A stretch of 24,989 nt of DNA from a virus (lineage: Duplodnaviria; Caudoviricetes): the IMG/VR virus record IMGVR_UViG_3300025372_000041, positions 1-24,989 of that record, one strand, 5' to 3'. The notes under the pieces were generated by a model, which saw nothing but the letters and a program-made list of their open reading frames with translations, had not been told where the DNA came from and made no database searches. The translations under genes were made by a program, and so were the position numbers. Of this stretch, positions 9,201 through 15,276 are shown in pieces (positions within the stretch are counted from its first letter, which is position 1; each line of letters begins with the position of its first letter).

Positions 9201-9848
9201 TGCTCCAGTCGAACCTGTGGCTCCCTGAGCTCCAGTAGAACCTGTTGTGCCCTGATAACCCTGTGTCCCCTGTGAGCCAGTTAGACCCTGATTGCCCTGG
9301 TTACCCTGGTAGCCTTGATTTCCCTGCGCACCAGTGGCACCTGTAACGCCCTGTGAGCCTTGTGAACCAGTAAGACCCTGTGGGCCTTGGGTACCTTGTG
9401 AACCAGTAAATCCTTGGTATCCTTGATAACCTTGGTATCCACGTGTACCTTGTACACCCTGTGTACCTTGGGGACCCTGTGTTCCCTGTGTTCCCTGATT
9501 ACCTTGATAACCCTGTGGGCCCGGTGCTCCAGTGTCTCCCTTGATTTGAGTCAGCGAATCGTCAAATGACCAGTACCATTGTGCGGTTGTAGAACCGATT
9601 GGGTATTGGACACCGATGTAGTAGTTAACCGCAGCAGTTACGGTAAGTTCCCATTGCCCTGGACCACCCCATTGCGTTCCGGTGGTGGCAGGTCCGAAGT
9701 AGTCAGTTCCGAGAGTAAGACCAGTAGGTGCAGGTTGACCTGCTGTAGGTGGAGAAGTGAATAGAGATGCCTTGTACGCGTAGACACCAGCGCCGTTAAG
9801 GAATCCCGAAGGTCCTGCAACGGTTCCTGAAAGCAGGTAATTTGTCAT
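6282..9848 (-). CDS. Collagen-like long tail fibre / receptor-binding protein 1 (1188 aa)
   Basis: Two long Gly-X-Y tracts, an internal C1q/BclA-C-like beta domain, VSSFNGRTGAVT motif, and the same C-terminal module as 4953..6131. Confidence 0.88.
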   Translation of the reverse strand: MTNYLLSGTVAGPSGFLNGAGVYAYKASLFTSPPTAGQPAPTGLTLGTDYFGPATTGTQWGGPGQWELTVTAAVNYYIGVQYPIGSTTAQWYWSFDDSLTQIKGDTGAPGPQGYQGNQGTQGTQGPQGTQGVQGTRGYQGYQGYQGFTGSQGTQGPQGLTGSQGSQGVTGATGAQGNQGYQGNQGNQGLTGSQGTQGYQGTTGSTGAQGATGSTGAQGSTGAQGSQGNQGTQGNQGFQGSQGFQGVQGSQGTTGSTGATGAQGSTGSQGAQGYQGTQGNQGNQGYQGSTGATGAQGNQGFQGVQGNQGFQGFQGTTGSTGSQGNQGYQGNQGYQGYQGYQGVVGSIGPQGAGGTSAYYGSYYSTSTQTLSTANTGQAITFNGTYQQAGISVASSSRITFAYAGQYGINFSAQLTQTDNSTDQVLIWLRKNGSDVSQSNTDVTMDKQNSDKVAAWEWQVTAAANDYFEIYWTSNSTSVTLLAISSPTTGPAIPSVIANAYLITAAGATGAQGAQGSQGVQGYQGNQGFQGVAGTQGINGTQGPQGTQGNQGNQGFQGANGSNGAQGSQGATGSQGNQGFQGTTGAQGSTGAQGTTGAQGSTGAQGSTGTQGSTGAQGNQGFQGVQGSTGAQGSTGAQGTQGFQGATGSTGAQGSQGSQGATGTTGAQGNQGFQGFQGTQGNQGATGSTGSQGSQGYQGYQGVQGSQGYQGSQGSTGSQGSQGTSVALATVSLTAQSAAQAATTLYTPASDGLFTINYYAKVTTAATTSSTLGVFSVISTDTDSNVVTSVGQSTQQNSLTTGFISGSITVYAKASTPIQYSLAYASSGATAMQYELRVVVAGTTAPSSTGTVSSFNGRTGAVTPGSSDYTAAQVGAVPAVSYVGAKNFVINGGMDIWQRGTSFAGTGSIIYTADRWCTNNLSAYTFSQSSSAPTGFKYSIQAQRNSGSTTTQNLGLVYNLESLSAIPLAGQTVTLSFWAKVGANFSGASGQLNAYAAWGTGTDQNYLNGGYTGQTQIVNAAFTPTTSWQQFSYTGTVGSTATEAFIQFYYGPTGTAGANDYFDITGVQLEIGSTATAFSRAGGTIQGELAACQRYYQISSYGIGRATSSTQGNVTVLWNSMRVAPSYSISSYTNILLETAVSFRTPTGSYQNIITANSTNGSTEIIFTGFSTTTANQLTLVGNVAFSSEL
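7680..8336 (-). repeat. Collagen Gly-X-Y tract 2 (about 73 triplets; degenerate 9-bp repeat)
   Basis: Continuous GxQ/GxT triplets in the translation. Confidence 0.9.
8793..9539 (-). repeat. Collagen Gly-X-Y tract 1 (about 83 triplets; includes perfect ccttggtaa tandem copies near 8827-8860)
   Basis: Continuous GxQ/GxT triplets in the translation. Confidence 0.9.
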
Positions 9849-10183
9849 TCAGCAGTTGCTCCTGCGCTTATTGCAGCCTGAGCCGCGTCGTATCGAGCAC
9901 CTACCTTGGCGTCGCCACCAAGGTTCATGCCTGTTTCAATTTCCCACTTTGATCCGGCTCGTTGTTCTAGCGAAGCAGAACCTTTAACCGTCTTTGGTTG
10001 CACACCGTCTTTGCGTAGACGCCTGTAAGCATCCACGTCTTTGTGCATCTTCTTTGTGTCCATGTCAATAACACCGGCATTAGAACGTGTCTCCATTGCA
10101 GACGGAGCAATAGAGATAGAAGCGGCCTTACAGCCGAAACAGTCCTCTGGGTGAAGTCCAACGTTGTGTGGTGTTGCGGTCAT
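9845..10183 (-). CDS. Hypothetical phage protein with HxxxCxxC motif (112 aa)
   Basis: ATGA overlaps on both sides; HPEDCFGCK motif. Confidence 0.8.
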   Translation of the reverse strand: MTATPHNVGLHPEDCFGCKAASISIAPSAMETRSNAGVIDMDTKKMHKDVDAYRRLRKDGVQPKTVKGSASLEQRAGSKWEIETGMNLGGDAKVGARYDAAQAAISAGATAE

Positions 10184-10566
10184 GAAATCAAGGCTCCGTA
10201 TCCTGCGTTAGTCAATGCCGTAGCTTCTGCCGTAGTAACTTGACATACGTTCATATACACTTTAACCACATAAGGGTTCTGGCTTACTGTAACAGATGTA
10301 GGCACAGGTGGGTTGACTTCGTAGTTGACAAAGTACGACGTGGAGTATGGTGCTTCTGGGTTCCACGGGTTGTATGGGTACGGAATGTTCGTGTTGGAGT
10401 TCTCCGGCGTAGCCGTGTCCTGAACGAACGTACCATCCGACAACTTAAAGACCAAGACGTAACGTGCCCTGTTAGGGAAGTAACGCCATAACCTACGCTC
10501 CAAGCCCTTTGAGTCGGGCAGGATCGGTGGGTTGTCCTTTACCTTTGGTGGTGTAAAAGTAGGCAT
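10180..10566 (-). CDS. Hypothetical virion-module protein (128 aa)
   Basis: Co-oriented, packed between neighbours; C-terminal VTTAEATALTNAGYG motif. Confidence 0.8.
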   Translation of the reverse strand: MPTFTPPKVKDNPPILPDSKGLERRLWRYFPNRARYVLVFKLSDGTFVQDTATPENSNTNIPYPYNPWNPEAPYSTSYFVNYEVNPPVPTSVTVSQNPYVVKVYMNVCQVTTAEATALTNAGYGALIS

Positions 10567-10572
10567 GAAAGC

Positions 10573-10815
10573 CTACTTAATCTGGTTCTTACGTCCAGTA
10601 GCACCAATGCGAGCAGCATCAATAGCGTCACCCATACGAGCGCCACCAGTTGTCTGGTTCTCAGCCGGAGCTGAAGTAGGCTGACCAACTGGCTTAGTTA
10701 CACGAGTGTAACCACCGTCAAGGCTTTCCTCAAGAAGTGTTGCTGCACGAAAGTCAATGGGCGTACCTACTGTTTTGCTGTCCACGTCAAAGATTGCGTC
10801 ATACTTACTAGCCAT
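10573..10815 (-). CDS. Hypothetical protein (80 aa)
   Basis: TAATG overlap with upstream gene, GGAG RBS upstream. Confidence 0.75.
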   Translation of the reverse strand: MASKYDAIFDVDSKTVGTPIDFRAATLLEESLDGGYTRVTKPVGQPTSAPAENQTTGGARMGDAIDAARIGATGRKNQIK

Positions 10816-11072
10816 TACATTTCTCCGTATGTCTTGTAGCCAACTACTTCTGGAGCGTCAGCGTTTGAGCCGTACTCCAACTTTGTAATGCCACCGATAA
10901 TTGGTGTGCCCTTAACGCCACGAGCAGTGTTTGTTTCAACGCCACGGTTAGCAGGTCCACTTGTCTCAGTAGAGGTTACAGGTGTTGGGATGTATCCTGT
11001 GTCAATAGTGTTGACTGTGGTTCCACGAAGGAATTCAGCCGATACTGTTGGAAATGATGCGCGTGATTCCAT
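10815..11072 (-). CDS. Hypothetical protein (85 aa, start revised to MESRASF...)
   Basis: ATG at 11072 forms a TAATG overlap with the upstream 59-aa ORF and has AAGGTGG upstream; more plausible than the ORF-track start at 11117. Confidence 0.75.
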   Translation of the reverse strand: MESRASFPTVSAEFLRGTTVNTIDTGYIPTPVTSTETSGPANRGVETNTARGVKGTPIIGGITKLEYGSNADAPEVVGYKTYGEM

Positions 11073-11251
11073 TATGTCCACCTTGTGTCGGTCATGTCGC
11101 ACTGGCCACAGTAGCAAGGGTCTGATGTTTCGCCCTTAATTGCTGTAGCGTCGTTACGAGCTGCGCGTACTGCGCGGTTTGGTAGGGGTGTTCCTGCTGG
11201 CATTGCGGATTCTGGTCCGAGTGTCAAGCCAAGTCCTGTAGGTACTGTCAT
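11072..11251 (-). CDS. 59-aa hypothetical protein with CxCxxC motif (MTVPTGLGLTLGPESAMPAGTPLPNRAVRAARNDATAIKGETSDPCYCGQCDMTDTRWT)
   Basis: Manually translated, not in ORF track; GAGGA RBS, ATGA overlap upstream and TAATG overlap downstream. Confidence 0.8.
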   Translation of the reverse strand: MTVPTGLGLTLGPESAMPAGTPLPNRAVRAARNDATAIKGETSDPCYCGQCDMTDTRWT

Positions 11252-11403
11252 GAGAGTTTTTCCTCGCTAGTGTGTTGATCCTTGAGAGAAACGAGGTTGC
11301 CGTTTTTGTCGGTAAGCCGACCACACATGAGACAATAAATCTCATCTATGCCAGCCTGTACGTCCCTGCTTCCGCAGTTCTTACAAGCTCTGGGCCACGA
11401 CAA
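11248..11403 (-). CDS. 51-aa C4 zinc-ribbon mini-protein (MSWPRACKNCGSRDVQAGIDEIYCLMCGRLTDKNGNLVSLKDQHTSEEKLS)
   Basis: Manually translated, not in ORF track; TTG start with GAGGA RBS; CxxCG-x12-CxxCG; stop overlaps next ATG. Confidence 0.75.
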   Translation of the reverse strand: MSWPRACKNCGSRDVQAGIDEIYCLMCGRLTDKNGNLVSLKDQHTSEEKLS

Positions 11404-11439
11404 CGCTCGTTCCTCTCTAGGTTCTAATTGACTACTGGA

Positions 11440-12531
11440 CTAAGCCAGTGGGCCAGTTGTTCCGTCTGGACGAGTCGTAGACTCACCTAGGTCAACTGCT
11501 GGCTCAAAGGTGGTTCCAGTACCAGGTGTAGTGCTGATGTCAGCGCCTAGAAGTGAACTTGACTCAATACGGATAACTGAAGCCTGACGGAAGATTCCGT
11601 AAGCACCAAGCCAGTACCATCCCATTGGGACGAAACGGCGTAGACGGTCAGTTACTGGACCAGGTACAACGTGTGGGAACGCTCCGTTACCGTCAACGTA
11701 TGAGTGAGCCTTGGCAAGAGCCTGGCGACCAACGATGAGAGTTCCGTAAACGTTTGTTGAAGATGCACCAGCACCCTGGAATACAGGAGCACGTGGAGTT
11801 TCGATCCAACGAACACCTTCGTAAGCACCGAGCTCACCGTTCCAGATTTCACCTGGCTGTGCGTAGACGTGTGGTGCACGCCATCCCTGTATGTTTGAAC
11901 CTGAGATAGATTCGCCCTGAAGGTCTGCAACGAGGTCTGGGTGGATGTAACCAACGTACATACCGCCGAATGTTGGAACGTTCTGAGCACGGAGACGAGC
12001 ACGAGCAACACGGATGTCAAGTGATGACAATGTGTTTGCTGCTGCTACACCGGCACGAGTAGTTACAGAAGTCTGGAGTGTTGTTGCTCCGAGTCCTGAT
12101 GCGTACTGTACGTTTGTTCCAACGTCCAAAGCAGCACGAGCAATCGTGTCGATTGAAACACCAGCGTTGTATCCAACTACGTTGGCAACGATTGGGTCAA
12201 TGTCCACGAATGATGTTCCGCGCAACTTGGCAGTGGTAAGAACACCGTTACCGTATTCAGCAAGAGTCAACGCAACGGTTGAGTCTGACATTGCTACGGT
12301 TGTGATGTCTGTTGTTTCTGTAAGTGCTGTTGTTGAAATCGGTAGGTCGTTAACGATTGTGAACTGTACCGAAGCACCTGGCATTGACTGTGCAGTAGGC
12401 TGAACGTCTGCTACAGCGTCAAAGTAAAGCTCTGGACGTAGAGCGAAGTACGCCATACGGTCATAAGCGGCCTTCGAGAAGTCAAGGGTTGACTGTCCCG
12501 TTGGGTTGTCTGAGTAGCCATCAATAGCCAT
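11440..12531 (-). CDS. Major capsid protein, N4-gp56-like family (HK97 fold)
   Basis: AYDRMAYFALRP, TLAEYGN, YVGYIHPD...DL, GELGAYEGVRWIETP, D.LRRF...GWY motifs; AAGGAG RBS; follows scaffold. Confidence 0.92.
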   Translation of the reverse strand: MAIDGYSDNPTGQSTLDFSKAAYDRMAYFALRPELYFDAVADVQPTAQSMPGASVQFTIVNDLPISTTALTETTDITTVAMSDSTVALTLAEYGNGVLTTAKLRGTSFVDIDPIVANVVGYNAGVSIDTIARAALDVGTNVQYASGLGATTLQTSVTTRAGVAAANTLSSLDIRVARARLRAQNVPTFGGMYVGYIHPDLVADLQGESISGSNIQGWRAPHVYAQPGEIWNGELGAYEGVRWIETPRAPVFQGAGASSTNVYGTLIVGRQALAKAHSYVDGNGAFPHVVPGPVTDRLRRFVPMGWYWLGAYGIFRQASVIRIESSSLLGADISTTPGTGTTFEPAVDLGESTTRPDGTTGPLA

Positions 12532-12563
12532 TTCAAACTCCTTTTCTAGTTAGTGTGTTTTGA

Positions 12564-13055
12564 TTAACGCACGTTCCTAGAAGTCCAAACACCCAGTTTT
12601 TCAAACTGTTGTTCTTGTACGATCTTCATGGCTTCTTCGGGACTTGATGCCTCTTGAATACGGGCTAGGAATTCCTGACCTAAGTCTGGTCCTACGCCTG
12701 ACGTACCAATAGTCGCGCCTTGGGCACGACGTAAAGCCTCAAGTTCCGCATCGTTAGCAGGGGCTTCGGTGGTTTCCTGATTAGATGAAAGGATGCCGTA
12801 TTCTTCAGCCATCTTCCGGATTGCGTCTACTGACGCTTCTCCATCGTATGCCTTACGAAGTAATGCACCTGCACCTGTCTCTGGGATTCCAGCCTTGGTG
12901 AATTGGAATTCAAGCTTTTGCTTTTCCAGTTCTGCCTTTGCTGCTTCAAGTTCCTTACGGGCTTTCTCACCTTCACGCAACTGACGCCTAATGTTAGGGT
13001 CTAGTGGCTGACTGTTGGTTTCCTGCTCGTCAAGTTCGTTGTCGAATTCGGACAT
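12564..13055 (-). CDS. Capsid scaffolding protein
   Basis: Acidic N-terminus, coiled-coil (IRRQLREGEKARKELEAAKAELEKQKLE), directly upstream of MCP; AAGGAG RBS. Confidence 0.78.
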   Translation of the reverse strand: MSEFDNELDEQETNSQPLDPNIRRQLREGEKARKELEAAKAELEKQKLEFQFTKAGIPETGAGALLRKAYDGEASVDAIRKMAEEYGILSSNQETTEAPANDAELEALRRAQGATIGTSGVGPDLGQEFLARIQEASSPEEAMKIVQEQQFEKLGVWTSRNVR

Positions 13056-13070
13056 GTTGATCGCTCCTTC

Positions 13071-13200
13071 TAGGTACGCGCTTTATTCAGAGGTAAATAA
13101 AACGGATAAATTTGTTTGCACTATACGCACTTGGGGACGTGCTCCCCACCAAGCGGTTTAGTTGTCCAGCTCGCCCACGATCAATGGGGCCAAACACCTA
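13071..13200 (-). ncRNA. Putative structured 5' leader RNA (multi-stem) upstream of scaffold-capsid operon
   Basis: Hand-identified stems: UAGGU/ACCUA closing stem, GUUUG/CAAAC, CCCAU/GUGGG, long ACUAAAC-CGCUUGG...CCAAGUG-C-GUAUAGU hairpin, 11-bp CGUUUUAUUUA/UGAAUAAAGCG hairpin; family not recognised. Confidence 0.55.
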
Positions 13201-13205
13201 ACGTA

Positions 13206-13216
13206 ATTGTAGCACA
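13206..13216 (-). promoter_or_regulatory. Candidate extended -10 promoter (TGTGCTACAAT) for scaffold/capsid transcript
   Basis: TGTG-n-TACAAT just after the upstream stop codon; predicted start near 13199-13200 coincides with the 5' end of the structured leader. Confidence 0.6.
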
Positions 13217-14707
13217 TTATGTACGTGCAGAACCAAGACCCGTAACACCCTTAGCAGTTTCGGCATATCCACCACCCTTTTCAAAGGGAGCGGCCTTGGC
13301 TTCTTCGGCCAACTGTACCTGTCTTTGGGCTACTGGCTGTGTAGTGCCCCCAAAACCGGCTATTTGGCTTCCAATCAAAGTATTGGTGTCTACGGTAGGG
13401 GCAGTGGCTCCAGGGAGCGCCTTGGTCAAATTAACGTCCTTAGAGGCCGTCTGAAGCGCTGTCTGTGCCTTGCCTAGGGTAAACTGGCTGTAAGGGTCAG
13501 AAGCGGCACCCGTGACACCAGCAACCCTAACCATCTCAGCAAGTTGCTTAGCCTGGTCTGATGAGAAGTCTTGAAGTCCAGCGCCCTGAGCCGTGTTCTG
13601 TAGGTTGGCTGCCAATGCTTGACGAGCAATGACTGGCTCTGCCTTGGTTGGGTCAAGGAAATAGGCCAGAAGTCCACCAGGGCCAACGCCATGCTGTTGC
13701 ATAAACTGGTTCTGAACGCTTTGAGGTAAAGCAGCGACAGCGTTGTAGCCTTCAGCAATACGACGGCTGAACTCTGCTGGAGATACCTGTCCAGCAATTA
13801 ACTTGCCAATCTCTGCCCTAGTAAAGAAAGCGTCCGGAAGTCCGGCTGCCTGAGCTGTGTTCATCATTGCCTGACTAGCAGCCAAGTACTGTGCTTCGGT
13901 CATTTGCTGAGCAGCAGTCTTGTTGTGTTCAACCAAACCCTGAAAAGAATCCTTGTATTCCTTTGTGGTGCGGATCATATTCATCAACTCTTTAGCATTG
14001 GTAATGTTCTTCTTGAAAACAGCATCATCAATAAGTGGCTGAAGGTTAGAAAGACCCCATTGGTCAAGTGTTTGCTTAAGGTTTGAATCAGCATTGATTT
14101 TGGATGATGACGTAGCCGCGGCATTAGCGTATGCCTGGAATTGCTGACCTTCAACTTGAAGCGTCTGAAGTTGCAACTTTTGTGCTGAACTTAAGCCAGA
14201 GCCAGTAAAATCGTATGTCTTTGGGTCTACCTTGCTGAAGTCTCCACCAAACTGGTTGGCGGCACCCATCAAAGCACCTACGTTTTTTAAGACTGTCTTG
14301 TGATCTTTGGTATCTGGCTGAAAGAAGTATGAACCATCAATGCCATAAGGCTTAAGAAAGTCGTTAACTAATTGCTTACCTTTAGCAACACTTCCACCCT
14401 TTTGAGTTATACCCATGGCGTAAATAGCATTAAGCAGTTCAGTAGGCGTTGGGTTGTTACCAGCGTAAGTTCCAACAATAGTAGTTCCGTTGGGCAACGT
14501 GTAACCCATAGAGTTGGCTGTTCCACTCCATTGACTTGTTAGACTTGTGCTAGGAATTGTTGTGGTTGGAGTTGAGCCACCAACTTTCTTGGCTGACGCA
14601 GCACCTAGAGCCTTTGCTTCAGCGTTGGCTACGGCCTGACTAGGGCCAGTGACACTTACGTTCTTTTTAGTAACTGCGTCGTAATACGTTGCTGTATAGG
14701 TGGCCAT
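13217..14707 (-). CDS. Probable internal virion / ejection protein (496 aa)
   Basis: Ala/Gln/Gly-rich helical protein in virion module; function inferred from position and composition. Confidence 0.5.
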   Translation of the reverse strand: MATYTATYYDAVTKKNVSVTGPSQAVANAEAKALGAASAKKVGGSTPTTTIPSTSLTSQWSGTANSMGYTLPNGTTIVGTYAGNNPTPTELLNAIYAMGITQKGGSVAKGKQLVNDFLKPYGIDGSYFFQPDTKDHKTVLKNVGALMGAANQFGGDFSKVDPKTYDFTGSGLSSAQKLQLQTLQVEGQQFQAYANAAATSSSKINADSNLKQTLDQWGLSNLQPLIDDAVFKKNITNAKELMNMIRTTKEYKDSFQGLVEHNKTAAQQMTEAQYLAASQAMMNTAQAAGLPDAFFTRAEIGKLIAGQVSPAEFSRRIAEGYNAVAALPQSVQNQFMQQHGVGPGGLLAYFLDPTKAEPVIARQALAANLQNTAQGAGLQDFSSDQAKQLAEMVRVAGVTGAASDPYSQFTLGKAQTALQTASKDVNLTKALPGATAPTVDTNTLIGSQIAGFGGTTQPVAQRQVQLAEEAKAAPFEKGGGYAETAKGVTGLGSART

Positions 14708-15267
14708 TACATTGCTCCTTGTGCTGGTGCCATTGGCTGTCCTAGAGATTGTTCAGGACCACCTTGTGGTTGGTTCATTTCTTGTGCTAGACCCTGAAGA
14801 ACACTAGACATCTTTTCTTGAGCAGCAGGTGTGTTCTTGTAATCAAACCCTGGGTGTGACTGAAGGTGTCCTTTCCACTCGTCAAGGCTCATTGGAACTG
14901 GGCGTCCAGTCTTAGGGTCGTGACCACCATTGAGTGCTGCTGACGATTTAGCATCGGTCATGAAGTTAGGCTCGTGGTCCTCACCCAACATCTGCTTAGC
15001 AACCTGACGGTATGGGTCAAGTAGGTAAGCGGTCTTGATGCCAGCTTCGATCTGTGGAGCCAAGGTAGGGTAGAGTCCCTGTGCTGTAGTCTTAAGGTAT
15101 TCCTCAAATGCCTTAGCCTTCTGTGGCGTCATGTCCTCGGCAATCTGCTTGAGAGTGCCTTCCGACATTGGCACAGCGTAGTCATGAGCAAGTTGCTTCA
15201 TGTCGGCTGCTGTCATTGACTTGGCTTCAGGCGCCTTGGTTTCTTCTGCTAGTGGTTTGTCTGCCAT
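14707..15267 (-). CDS. Hypothetical, probable internal virion protein (186 aa)
   Basis: TAAGGA RBS, TAATG overlap with next gene; helical composition. Confidence 0.55.
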   Translation of the reverse strand: MADKPLAEETKAPEAKSMTAADMKQLAHDYAVPMSEGTLKQIAEDMTPQKAKAFEEYLKTTAQGLYPTLAPQIEAGIKTAYLLDPYRQVAKQMLGEDHEPNFMTDAKSSAALNGGHDPKTGRPVPMSLDEWKGHLQSHPGFDYKNTPAAQEKMSSVLQGLAQEMNQPQGGPEQSLGQPMAPAQGAM

Positions 15268-15276
15268 GGTTATTCC

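Noticed and set aside
7680-9539. CRISPR array or non-coding tandem repeat
   Set aside because: Repeats have 9-bp periodicity with no unique spacers and encode Gly-X-Y triplets in frame
11154-11345. 63-aa ORF from the track (MRFIVSCVVG...)
   Set aside because: Overlaps two better-supported ORFs (11248-11403 and 11072-11251) that have RBSs and stop-start overlaps
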